DNA of 62,478 nt, the filler included, from Rhabdomonas costata (Eukaryota), in the NCBI GenBank assembly GCA_019059605.1. It is 35 parts of 35 records of this genome, joined end to end, with 100 filler letters (N's around TTAATTAATTAA, not from the genome) between each part and the next. Parts side by side here need not be neighbours in the genome. Positions count along the whole stretch, not along the records: positions 50,074 to 51,761 come from JAHMHO010010654.1; positions 51,862 to 53,549 come from JAHMHO010010655.1; positions 53,650 to 55,334 come from JAHMHO010010656.1; positions 55,435 to 57,121 come from JAHMHO010010657.1; positions 57,222 to 58,907 come from JAHMHO010010658.1; positions 59,008 to 60,691 come from JAHMHO010010659.1; positions 60,792 to 62,478 come from JAHMHO010010660.1; 28 more parts are not named here. One strand, 5' to 3'. Positions 51,474-62,478 of the stretch are shown in pieces (within the stretch, counting starts at the first letter, position 1; every line of letters starts with the position of its first letter). The notes beneath the pieces are model-generated. The model made no database searches. It was not told where the DNA came from and saw only the letters and a list, made by a program, of their open reading frames with translations. The position numbers and the translations under genes are program-made.

Positions 51474-52180
51474 CACTTGGATGTTCACGCACATTTGGCT
51501 GGTGTTCTTAGTATGGTTCGCTCTTGGTGAATCTGAGTTCTGGTGGTGCTCTTTCCTACCTGCGCCCAACAGTTTTTGACCGCCTCCAGTAGAGCCAAAC
51601 AGGCTCCAAGTCCATGAGCGTGTGACTGCACGGCGGCCAACTCCATTGGATTCGGCGGGGGATTCCCTTTCAAAAGAATTTCTTCTTACTAAAATCCGGT
51701 GGTGGAAAAGCGGTAGCAATAAAACAAAACCTTCAAAAGAAAACCTTTTCTTCCAAAGTCGNNNNNNNNNNNNNNNNNNNNNNNNNNNNNNNNNNNNNNN
51801 NNNNNTTAATTAATTAANNNNNNNNNNNNNNNNNNNNNNNNNNNNNNNNNNNNNNNNNNNNTGTGTGGTGGTGACACCGGGAGAAAATATATTGGCGCAG
51901 CGTTCACTGTGAGGTTGATGAATTGCGTCCTAATCTCCTACGAGATCAAATATGATGGGAAAATGGGTCTTTTCAACCTGTGCAAATACTCACCCCAGGA
52001 AACGCATGCACGATCCCCTCTCCCCCTCCCTCCCTGAGTCAGATGAACCGCAGACGCTGCGTCAAAGAGAGCACCGTGAATCTCCCATTGCTCTCCTGCA
52101 ATCCACACTTCCGCAAAAGCGGAATCGAGCACCATGACTCTGTGTGTGTTCGCGCGCGAATATGCATTTCGGAGAGAAAC

Positions 52181-52939
52181 CTGCGCCCTCGAAAAGAAGG
52201 TGGAATTCCACCACGGCAGGGTTGAGCAGGTTGGTACGCAGAGCCGCCCACAGCTCCTCACGCCGCGCCACAATGGGCTCCTCATAGAACGACGACAGCA
52301 GCGCCAGAGGCAGCGAGCGAGTGGCCACAGGGGAGATAGCGCAGGCTGCCGGAAGCCTGCCCTCCTGGGAGCCTGCAGCGGGCTGAGCAGTGAAGCTTCT
52401 GAGGGTTGCCACCACTGGGCCAGAGTGGGTGCTCTCTGACAACGCGTGGGAAAAACAACCACCATTCATCCATTTCGCACCCCCAGGCAACAAAGAAATC
52501 AAGAGCCACCCAACCACCATACAACCCACCAGGCGATGATGGCGTCCAAAAAAGAGATGGGTTCCCTTCCAAAAGAGGAACATGTAAAGATGGTATTGGT
52601 GCATCTTGAGTTTGCGCACAGCAGTCTGGAATGCCCACATGAAATCTACAGATCGTGCCAAATTTCAAGAGTGCTTGCAATCGGGAGCAGGGAACTTTGT
52701 GCGGCCGTCACACTCCTCTCATGGAGGCAGCAGCTCCCAATGCAGACGCGCAGTTCGCCCGAAAAGAGGTCCACGGGGTGCCTCTGTGATACCCCAGTGT
52801 ACCTATGCGGACGAAAGGGGCTGCGAATACCGGGATTTGGGGCCCTGACAGTGGTGCCCAGCATAGCAGAGGATCTCGCGAGAAAAGCCACGCAGAAAAC
52901 ACCCAGCATGGCGAGCGTCACTCCAGCGCACTTCAGCAT
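52181..52939 (-). CDS. Putative type II membrane glycosyltransferase-like protein, 5' part
   Basis: N-terminal hydrophobic segment (VTLAMLGVFCVAFLA) and a downstream exon LALLSSFYEEPIVARREELWAALRTNLLNPAVVEFHLLFE, resembling the R..EL...L..NL.NP.I..IHLL.E start of a GT-A-like family. Intron boundaries are not fixed. Confidence 0.5.
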
Positions 52940-53653
52940 TGTAGAGCAGCAGCCTGCACTCTCGCCTGCCCGTCACCTTTCATTCCACTCGCCCGACCCG
53001 AAATAGGAGAACCCCCAAGCATCCACCATGCTCAGAAGGCGCGTTCAACAACTGCATTCTTCTTCAACAACGGCGTTCCAAAACGAACAAAAGGAAGAAG
53101 GAAAAGCCTCAACAGAGCCTTTGCAGTTCTCCAAAGTCCACTAAATTAGAGCACCGAGAATCGAAAGGCGACACAATTATTGTGAATAAAACTCGCGGTA
53201 ATGCAAGCCGACAGGTGAAGGCATTGAGAAGTGTTTGATCCGTATGGAAAAATCAAGTTTCAGTGAGATTTCAGTACGCAGTGGGACGAGGCCCCACAAG
53301 GCATTGGGAACCCTCTCTTTTCCCCAATTCCGAGTTCCGAGAGTGCCGCGCAGAGAGGCTGTCTGTGTATGTGCTGGGATTGGCACTGGGCAAGGACTGC
53401 AAAGCCGGTGGGATGAGTCCTGTATTGAGTAGTGTGTGGCCTGCCGCCACTGGAAGTGAAGCGATGCCGTGATGGCTTACAAATGTGAGATCAAACAGCA
53501 AAAAAGAGCACTTCAGCCCCGAGAGAATTTTTTTGCTGCATACAAAAACNNNNNNNNNNNNNNNNNNNNNNNNNNNNNNNNNNNNNNNNNNNNTTAATTA
53601 ATTAANNNNNNNNNNNNNNNNNNNNNNNNNNNNNNNNNNNNNNNNNNNNGGTT

Positions 53654-53799
53654 GTGGGTCAAAAAGATATTTGGGAGAAGAAAAAGAAAATAGGAACAAA
53701 ATGGGAACGGAGGCCTGCTGTATGCACAAAATCCCCAGGCCTCCGTTCCCATTTTGTTCCCATTTTCTTTTTCTTCTCCCAAATATCTTTTTGACCCAC
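53654..53799. repeat. Long foldback inverted repeat (64-bp arms, 1 mismatch, 18-nt loop)
   Basis: 53654-53717 versus the reverse complement of 53736-53799; it lies about 30 nt upstream of a pescadillo splice acceptor. Confidence 0.95.
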
Positions 53800-53829
53800 T
53801 TGCTCAGAACTCATCGTATTTCCTCACAG

Positions 53830-55023
53830 GTACCCCACCTTCATCCAGGCACTGAATGACCTCGACGACGCTCTCTGTATGCTGTCGTTTGTGCATTTTT
53901 ACACTGTGCACTATTTGATTTTTTTGAATGGCGAACCCATCATTGGGGTGGCATCTCTGTCGCTTTATTCATCTTTGTCGGCACTTTGCATTTTTTAGCA
54001 CTCTTTTTTCACCCTGTGCCCCCCCCCCTTTTTTTTAGGTGTTTGTGTAGTAAAAGTTGCCCCTTCCTAATGGGGAAACGCTTGTCTCCCCTTGAGGTCG
54101 CCGAGGAAGTGCTCACGTGACTTTTTCCCTGACGGTTCTGCTTGTGACGCGACTGCCTGCCATGTTCTGCACATTTAGTTTTAGACCCACGGGCTCCGGG
54201 TTGACATTGCACACCGAGCGAGTGCAATGAATATCGGGCGAAACGCCGCTCAATATGGGTAGAAGGTGCTAGATGGCTGTCTTGTCTGGGGTCGGATTGG
54301 GCTCGTTGGCGTCAGACATGAGGCCCAGTTTCAGCTTGCCTGCAACAAAATTCGGCTTCTGTTGCTTTTTTTTTTGCAATATTTTGCCCTATTTTGCTTT
54401 GCATTTTGCCCCGGCCCCCTCTGCATCCGACAAACAAAGGGAAGCTGGTAACTAGGTACCAGACCCTACATAAGTCAATTCATCGAGTTGAAGGGAGCGT
54501 CAGGACAGCTGCACCAGCTGTCACACTCTATTCCCGCCTGCCCTCCACCGCCCGACACGTTGGAGCATACATGCAAACCTTCAGGTGTTTTTGGCCGCGT
54601 TTTTTTTTTCAGGCCACGTCTTCCTGTACGCCCAGCTGACGGCACTGTACCTGGACGAGGGGACAAATAACATTCAGGGGATCCCCGACCTGACTACGGG
54701 GCTGCAGCAGAAGGCTCAGCAGCTGGCCACGCGGTTCAACGAGTACGTGGTCAAAACGAAGTGCCTGCGGAAAAGCTTCGTCTCCATAAAAGACTACTAC
54801 TACGAGGCGGTGCGCTGTTTGGTTTTGTGGGCCCGTCCTCCCTTGTATGGCGTATTTAGTGTTGCGTTGCGATACCTCGCTTACACGAGCGATCCAGCGA
54901 GCATTTCGGTGTCGCGATTCGAAATTCGCCATCCTTTGTTTCTGAAAGTGGGGCTGATTTTTTTTACAGGATATCAAGGGAGTCTCCGTGGTTTGGCTTG
55001 TGCCCCACTTCTTCTCGATCGCG
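53830..55023 (+). CDS. PES1: Pescadillo/Nop7 N-terminal domain, internal exons
   Basis: Exons 53830-53876 (YPTFIQALNDLDDAL), 54613-54809 (HVFLYAQL...LRKSFVSIKDYYYEA) and 54970-55023 (DIKGVSVVWLVPHFF), matching RYPTFxDALxDLDDAL, LRKxFxSIKGxYY and WxxPxxF. Confidence 0.92.
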
Positions 55024-55787
55024 GTGTGCTGCTGTGGCCTTCTTTGGAGCTGGGGGCTTCGAGTGATAGGGCCTCACCGTGTCATCTCTTTCCGGACTTG
55101 GGTTGAGCTCCAAAATTGATATTCCTGCCGGTGCCACCCACCGAAATCCACCTAAATTCAGTTGTGTCATTTTGAAGCAGCTCGGTGAAATGCTGGTGTC
55201 TACCCACCAAAACGGGTCAGTCAAACGTGATGTCGCATTATCCGTTCCCCAAAGATGGCAAAGGCCCCTCTCTTAATTGGCAATTCCCCCATCTGTACCA
55301 CTGCCGGCACCACAACCCCCAACACACCAACACCNNNNNNNNNNNNNNNNNNNNNNNNNNNNNNNNNNNNNNNNNNNNTTAATTAATTAANNNNNNNNNN
55401 NNNNNNNNNNNNNNNNNNNNNNNNNNNNNNNNNNTCCGAGGGTTTTTTGGGGACGTCGGCACAGAGTTCACCCCATCCCGCCCACAGCGAGCCTGCAGTG
55501 ATGACCAGAGCAGAGGGAAAGGAAGGATCTGGCCCAGGCTATTAATTAACCACATCACAAGGCAAGTGGAAAAAGAGGTCGCCAAAAGGCGACCCTGACT
55601 TGGCGGCACAAAGAGGGGGATCGGAAAATAAATACACTCAAAAATGTTAGCGATGTAGCATTGCAAAATTTCTGACTTGTGTGTGTTTGCGCACTGACAA
55701 GACCTTGAGACATTTCAACTTCAACCAAGAGATATTGTTTCACGTTTCAATTCTCCTTTTGGTGCACTGCAGGGCTTTCTATTTGAA

Positions 55788-56704
55788 ATGAAGGCACTTT
55801 CCAGAGTCGTACGAGCGTGCAGCTTGCGGTGCCCTAGATATTCTACATACACCTATCATGGCCACACTCCTGAGGTTGGCCCCAACTGCTACGTCGCCCC
55901 GAATGCTTCGGTCATTGGTATCCCCCGTCTTGTTGCTAAGTTGGGTGCTTTTTTGCTGCCCAGGTGAGCGCCGCGGCTCAGTCTTCATCTACGTTAGATT
56001 ATCAGCAGTGCAATAGAATTCCAGCACACTCAATGCACGCCAAACCCACCCGTAGAAAAGCTTCTGGATCCACACCACGAAGTCAACTGAGAAAGAGAAC
56101 AACTGGTCCCCAAAAAAAGGCCAGTTCCAGGTTTTTGGATTCTCCTCAATGGTTCGTTCCTGTTTGGGTTTCTTCATGCTTGCACGTTTGCACGCTGGTG
56201 CCGTTGGGCGTTTTGAGATAATTGACTGGGCAAATTTGTCTGTTGGCCTTCCTTTGACCATGGCTTTGATTCTGAACATCCAATTCTTCGCTTTCAGGTC
56301 AGGTTAAGATGGCTGCGAACTCCAGTGTGTGGTTTGGTGCTGTTGTTCGGGGTGATAACAGCCTAATTAGCATTGGTGAGGACACCAACGTCCAGGACAA
56401 CGCCGTTCTGCACTCAGATCCGGGCTTTCCGCTCACCATCGGTTTGTTTTCTTTTCATGAATTTTCATTAAATGCATGCAACTTATGACCACCTGACGTC
56501 GAAAACGAGATAATATTCCGTTTAATTCCCATCCGTGACGTTGCTTTGGTGTCCTTGAGGAACGCTGGTTTGACGTTCTGATACTTCTTATTTTTTTTTC
56601 GCTTTCTTCAGGGAAGCGCGGGGTGGTTGGGCACAACTGCACTGTGCACGGGTGCACCATCGGCGATGACTGCCTTGTTGGCATTGGCTCAGTGGTGCTC
56701 AATG
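55788..56704 (+). CDS. Gamma-class carbonic anhydrase family protein with a predicted mitochondrial presequence, first 3 exons
   Basis: Exons 55788-55917, 56298-56441 and 56612-56704: MKALSRVVRACSLRCPRYSTYTYHGHTPEVGPNCYVAPNASVIGQVKMAANSSVWFGAVVRGDNSLISIGEDTNVQDNAVLHSDPGFPLTIGKRGVVGHNCTVHGCTIGDDCLVGIGSVVLN. Hexapeptide repeats, RGD, NVQD and three Zn-ligand His are present. The ORF track misses it. Confidence 0.94.
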
Positions 56705-56756
56705 GTGTGACGGCGCTATTCTGCTGTGGTGCTCAATACCTTCTCAAATTCAGCGT

Positions 56757-56840
56757 CAGCTTTTGCCGTATTAACTCGATTTATCAGCTTTTGCCGTATT
56801 AACTCGATTTATCAGCTTTAGCCGTATTAACTCGATTTAT
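56757..56840. repeat. Intronic tandem repeat, 3 x 28 bp
   Basis: cagcttttgccgtattaactcgatttat repeated three times head-to-tail, with one substitution in copy 3. Confidence 0.95.
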
Positions 56841-57093
56841 TACCAAAAAGTCTGAAAGGCTCAACATGAAAGTGAACGTGGATAGCGCTTTCTGAAGTGA
56901 TTGCTTTCAAGTTTCCGCACACGCAAGCGCGCGCGAAGAGAACAAATCCAAAGGGGGACTTCTTCAGCGAAACAAAAACCTGCACATGACAGCAACAGTG
57001 AAGAGCGTCAGGCGCAGTCGGTTTCTGTCCCCATTCCACACAAGAACTATACAAAATTAGGTAACCCTTTTCCCCCGCCCGACCTCCTCACTG

Positions 57094-57121
57094 AAACCAA
57101 CACACCAAACACACCCACCAC
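57094..57121 (-). other. Whole-genome-amplification primer remnant
   Basis: 57105-57117 ccaaacacaccca is the reverse complement of TGGGTGTGTTTGG (3' part of the GenomePlex universal adapter as I recall it, TGTGTTGGGTGTGTTTGG). It is preceded by 11 A/C-only bases, the complement of a K-degenerate tail. Confidence 0.75.
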
Positions 57122-57788
57122 NNNNNNNNNNNNNNNNNNNNNNNNNNNNNNNNNNNNNNNNNNNNTTAATTAATTAANNNNNNNNNNNNNNNNNNNNNNN
57201 NNNNNNNNNNNNNNNNNNNNNGCTGTCTCACATCCCACGTGTTTACAATGGGCGAGCCCACTGAGCAACGTGCAATGGTTCGACCACTTGAAGTGCAAGG
57301 AGGACGCATAAGCACCACAGTTTTACGCCCTCACCTCAGAATGGCAGAGAGAGAATTATGGGTTTCGGACGGCTGCCGGGATGGGCTCATAGAACGAGAT
57401 GCACCACTTCGTTTTGACCTTCTGAATGGCCATGTCGGCCAATCGCCGCTTGTGCCAATACACCCTGCAAACAGTGACATTATGAATAGAGAACAACATA
57501 CACCATAGTAAGTGAGACTGTAAGCAAAAAGATGAAACGCTCCTATCTCGCTGCCTGATGGGGAGGTGCAACAACAGGAATTCCCCTTTTACCAGGCCAA
57601 TCTCAACGTATAAGACAACAAAATGCCAGAAAATGACCCCTAACAGGCATTTGGGATAGCTATAAACAGGTGCAAGCATGAAGTCCTCCAACGCTAGTCG
57701 AGCACATATGTCTTCATTCCAAAGAGGTCGGCGTCTGCGCGAACATGTGCGCACAAGTGCCTCGTGTGGAGAGTGTGTCCTGCCACAC

Positions 57789-58570
57789 CTTCGCTCCCCG
57801 TAGGTTGCATTGGACGCTATCGGAGGGGGTAAGCTCCAGATCCAGAACAGCAGATCATTGAGCACCTTGTAGGGCAAAGAACGTCGAAAGGTGCAGTGGC
57901 AAGGCTTTGGTCGCAAAGACCAACCATTTGCTGCTGCTCTGCTCACTTTTCTGGTGACACATTCACCGTCACTTGACTTTTTACGCGCCAGTTGTGTGCA
58001 CACAGAAGGCCCCCCGCCGGTCCTTGGGCTCTATTACAGGACTATTACAAAAAACTCCGGCAACTGGCTCTTGGCCACCTGAAACTCACACTTGACTTTA
58101 ACCGTTCCTCGACGCAATATTGCTCAAGACAACATGCTTACTGCCGAGGACCTTCATTTTTTTTTTGCGAAAAATGATCACCATCGCAACAGCAAACAAT
58201 TGTTCACTGACCAGCGATCACGCGGCACAAAGAAACGTGAAGCTAATCGGGATGAAGGAGAAAAGTGTTAAAAGTGTTCGAAACAATTTCAACAGAAGTG
58301 TTGATAGGTCAGCGTTTAGGCCAATTCGTGGTAAACTGAATCAAACGACAACAATATAAGAAGTACCAAGAGAAAAAGGAATACCTTCTCTGATATCCGC
58401 TCTGTCAGCTGGATGGTCATCTCGGTGCAACTCAGCGCGACAGCCTCAAGCTGCCAGCCCGTCAGCTTGGCAGAGCTCGGGGCGTTAGCCGAGAGAGGCT
58501 CCAAGGAATACCGCTTTGAGGTTGGATCTTGAGTGAGGCTCCAGCGCGCTCCTTCCAGGATCTTCGGGTC
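57789..58570 (-). CDS. Hypothetical protein, two internal exons
   Basis: 58570-58385 (62 codons, DPKILEGARWSL...WQLEAVALSCTEMTIQLTERISEK) splices in phase 0 to 57865-57789 (VLNDLLFWIWSLPPP). Confidence 0.55.
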
Positions 58571-59420
58571 CTGTAAGAGGGTACAATCTGATGCATGCAG
58601 GTTCATACAGTGAGGTGTGCGTATTGGTTCTTGGCCAGGTCAAAAATGATGCGGATTGAGGGGCTTACGCACGGGCAACCGCGAGACTGCGGGTGCGGCG
58701 AGCGCGGCGAGCGCTGCAATGTGGATGGGAAATGGGCAGCTTCCAGCAGCAAGTGATGTGATGTGCTGCACAATTCAGTGAAATGCATGCCACGTTGATG
58801 CCGCGCTCATGTTCCTGTCCTCTGTAATGCAGGTGTTCTGCATCCGCGACAGAGCAGATGCGGGAATTCGCGACTCTCCCGCACACTCACGACTCTCCCA
58901 CCCCACCNNNNNNNNNNNNNNNNNNNNNNNNNNNNNNNNNNNNNNNNNNNNTTAATTAATTAANNNNNNNNNNNNNNNNNNNNNNNNNNNNNNNNNNNNN
59001 NNNNNNNTTGGGTGTGTTGGGTATGCTTAGCTACGGCTGAATTCTAGGTGTCAGCACGCAGGCCCAACACCTACCCAAGCGCATTTGAATTTTTAAGAGT
59101 CCTTTGGAGGACTCAGAGAAGGGGGTTAACCAAATCAGCTGAAAGAACTATCTGAGTGCTGTGGAGAATTCCGAGTGATGGAACAGAGGGCGACCAACCT
59201 CCGAGAATTTTACCGACGACGGAAGACCACAGTCAATTTTTTATTCACCTCATCCTTTGGCTAATGATTCCGGAAGTCTTCCCATCGAAGACAGTATCCG
59301 AGGTTTTGTGCAGGGACACTCACACGCTCTCTCCTTGTGCAATCTGTGGGAGCAAAACGGTGCCTGACAAGGAATGTAAAAATCGAGTGGCAACCCATTG
59401 CAGCTGAAAAGGCGGCATAC

Positions 59421-60536
59421 CTCCCGCTCCGGACGTCCCAGAGCTTGCTCGTGTGGTCAAAGGAGCCTGTGATGATCAGATCGCCCCCAGTGTTAAAGTT
59501 CAGAGAGACGATCTCCGCAGTGTGCCCCTTGGTTTGGACAAGACACAGTGGCCCCTCCCCCCACAATAAATGGGAACCATAAGGCCGTCCACCTTTACGT
59601 CTTTACATCTTTGATAGCGGAGTGGAGTGTGCCAAGTGGAAAAAACCGTTCAGTTCTCAGCCCATGACCGTAGGATACCCAGCAACGCAGGCGAACAGCG
59701 CAGAAACCTGACAAGAAAAAACAACAGGCGCACCAGAAGAGTATGAAGCTCCTGGCCGGTGTTGACATCCCACAGCTTGGCGGTGTTATCCATGCTTCCG
59801 GTGGCAATGGTAGTACTTTGGGGATTGAAGCACAGGCACACGATCTCCGTGAGATGTCCACGGAGGGTGTGCAGGCAGTCACCCGACTCGGCATCCCACA
59901 CCTTGCAGGTCTTGTCAAAGGAGCCCGTGATGATCCGATTCCTGAAGAGAGAGCAGCTCCTTTCTTTCCAAAGGTAATTCTGGCGTGATTTGTGATTTCC
60001 AAACTGCAGCTGTGAGCAACAGCACACCACATAGTGCAACAAGAACATACCCAAAGGGATTGTTGAAGGCAATAGCGTACACCACATTTTTGTGCCCTTC
60101 CAGAGAAAGCAGCTCGTCACCTGTACAAGCACACAGACAACTTCGCATGCAAAAGCACCAACCCATGCAACAGCTCCTGTGCAGAACACAAACAAACCGG
60201 TCATCGTATCCCAGACCTTGCAGGTCCGGTCATAGGACCCGGTGATGAATCTGCAGAGCACAGTCAACAACGTACGAGTCCCAGCAACAACAGGGGGACC
60301 AAGAACTATAACTAAAACACAAGTGCACATACTTGTCACCCGACTTGTTGAAGGCACAATTGGTGAGAGGAAGAATGTGCGCCCGAAGCATCTTGAACAG
60401 GTAGAACAACTGTTTCCTGTCGCAAGACATCCGCTCAACAAGCTTCTCCAAAAGCTTCCGCACTTGCGGCTTCCGAGCTTCAGAGATCAAGGGCTCGCTG
60501 CTGACAATTTCATTAGTCGCAGCGTCCAGGTCGGTG
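59421..60536 (-). CDS. DAW1: Dynein assembly factor with WD repeats DAW1/ODA16/WDR69, 5 internal exons
   Basis: [12 protein letters not shown]...[70 protein letters not shown]...[63 protein letters not shown]. Confidence 0.97.
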
Positions 60537-61293
60537 CTGCAAAAAGAAGAAAAGAAGCAGAAGCAGAAGCAAGTTCACATCGGGTGGAGTGTTGGGAACT
60601 TGCCAGGTTGCCCTTCTGCGGCGCCGTCGGGTCGAGCCCCCCTGTCTTCTTCAGGCAGCTCTCAGGAACCCTCAACTCAGGTCCAGCCCGGNNNNNNNNN
60701 NNNNNNNNNNNNNNNNNNNNNNNNNNNNNNNNNNNTTAATTAATTAANNNNNNNNNNNNNNNNNNNNNNNNNNNNNNNNNNNNNNNNNNNNGTGCACTTC
60801 CCGAAGACGACACCGTGCTGCCACTGCTCGCTACAGAATAGTTGCATGAGGTGGAGTTAGAAGAGGTGAGCTGAGCGATTAGTGACGAGGACAAGCTCTC
60901 ATGAAGAGTTCAATACACTCAAGAAAGGTATACTCTGTGCGATGCACTGAGCGTAGATGAATAGATTGAAGCATCTATCCATCTACTGTTAGTGCAGCAA
61001 GCTTTGCGCAGCAAAGATACTCCAGAAACGGACATCTGACCAAGAGCCTAATTGCACCTTTTTTCCACTCAATAGAGAACTCTGGCATTACTTTTGTTTT
61101 AAAGTGGAGTAAAGAGAAGAAAGAGACCCGAGGGAGGGGCAGTCACGTCCACCGAACACTCATTATATCGGCTGCAGTTCGGCTAGAGATTCATGAGTTC
61201 CTTGTGCCAAAAATAGCAGCCTATGCGATATCGCATGTCGGGATGGAAAAGAAAAAAGAAATGGTGCCCGCGGGGTTCTTGTGGAGTGAGAAC

Positions 61294-62143
61294 CTGCGGC
61301 ATTCCCTTCCGCTGCATGTGGGGGGTGGTTGTCGTCGGACTTCCTTCCGAAAGGAAGCCAGCTGGTCACTCCACGGGAGGCCTTCTGTGGGCACAGAACC
61401 CATGAGAAAGTAGACGCCAAAGAGTGTGCGGCACTGGCCGTGATCATCGCGCCCTTTGAGGTGTTTTGGTCCAACCTTTGCAGCTCCTGTTGCTAGAAAA
61501 ACGGCCGTTCGCCACACCAGCGATCCCGCACCCTGGAATGTGCGGGACCGAAGCATGGTTTGTGTGTCATTTGGCTTAATGCTTCATTTGGCGTACCCGA
61601 GACAAGCCACTGAAGCACCCAAAAAATCAAAGTCTCTAACCTCGCCACACACAAAATGAAGAACAACACTATCGCATAATATCGGGTGACCAGAAATCAA
61701 ATCGAAAATCGCCAGCATGAGAAAACGGTGATAGAAAAGCAGCAAGGAAAACACAGGTTCCCACACAGGTCCCCCATTCCCCAGGATCCCCCATACCTTT
61801 TCAACGGCGTCCGTGGCCCCCGCAGTGGTCAGCCGCTTGTGGCTGTGCAGCAGAAGCTCCACCAGCAAAGGCACTGCAGAGAGCACCCAAAACGACATGT
61901 TAATCAAAGACTCACCAAGTGCAAGCATCCAGCTTCGCCCATTTCTGTAGAAGAGCTACCTCAAAGTGATCAGAGAGAACACTCTCACACTAACGCAAGC
62001 AAATACAAGCCCACGCGCGCATCGAGAGAACGCACCTTTCTCCTTGGAGGAGTTCAGCTTCTGCTGCGCAGCCACCACGAAGTGCAGCGCGCGGTTGAGG
62101 TGCCCCAGCTCCGCGAGAAGGAGGGCGAAGGCGACCTTGTACG
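61294..62143 (-). CDS. Sec16-like protein (end of the central conserved domain), internal exons
   Basis: YKVAFALLLAELGHLNRALHFV (cf. Sec16 YKLxYAxxLAExGxxxxAxxY), followed by phase-compatible exons PLLVELLLHSHKRL... and KASRGVTSWLPFG. Confidence 0.5.
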
Positions 62144-62478
62144 CTAGAAGGAGAGAGAACGAGGGGTGGAGAAGAACATTCTAATCAGAGGCGGTGGAAG
62201 CGACGCTACCAAAACTTAAAGCTTTTAATCTGGGTTGACAGCTTCTGACCGAAAATCTCTACAGGGCAAAAAAGAAACTTACCAAAAACGAACCCAGGTC
62301 GTGAGCCTCGCTTCAGGTGATATGAACACCATACAAGTTCCACACTGGGAAACACAAGTCAAAAGAAGCAAACGGAGTTTACGGGAAAAAAGAAGACTGG
62401 CAGTCTCGGGACCTGCACCAACGTGGATACTGGACACAATGGGACGAAATCTTGGTGAAATGGAAGCTACAAACAAAA

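Noticed and set aside
54791-54794. Pescadillo SIKD instead of conserved SIKG as evidence of recoding or editing
   Set aside because: A single GGC-to-GAC difference in amplified DNA cannot be told from error or polymorphism.
55312-55334. Telomeric repeats at contig ends
   Set aside because: The A/C tails are aperiodic, about 10-25 nt long and present on most contigs; better explained by degenerate amplification primers.
56757-56840. CRISPR array (28-bp repeats)
   Set aside because: The units abut with no spacers, lie in a eukaryotic intron, and no cas genes are present.

Overview
This is not one locus. It is 35 unrelated contigs of about 1.69 kb joined by 34 artificial 100-nt spacers (N44-TTAATTAATTAA-N44). 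Contig ends carry G/T-only or A/C-only tails typical of GenomePlex-type whole-genome-amplification primers. The DNA is an intron-rich nuclear genome of a flagellated, mitochondriate protist: GT-AG introns, the flagellar genes DAW1/ODA16 and CCDC146, and pyrimidine-tract+AG sites just upstream of start codons. A euglenid-like source is my inference, not proven. Spliced gene fragments recovered by hand are adenylate kinase, an [FeFe]-hydrogenase, CCDC146, complex I NDUFS7/PSST (2-nt frameshift), Snu114/EFTUD2, a degenerate XRN exoribonuclease, an RRM protein, pescadillo, a mitochondrion-targeted bacterial-type gamma-carbonic anhydrase, DAW1, a class III cyclase C-terminus, and SGNH-, BTB-, RIIa/Dpy-30- and Sec16-like fragments. 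There are also Ty3/Gypsy and DD41D Tc1/mariner relics. The most interesting signal is an intron-containing, bona fide [FeFe]-hydrogenase (FTSCCPAW motif rebuilt across an intron) in an assembly that also encodes respiratory complex I. No cross-contig synteny can be interpreted.
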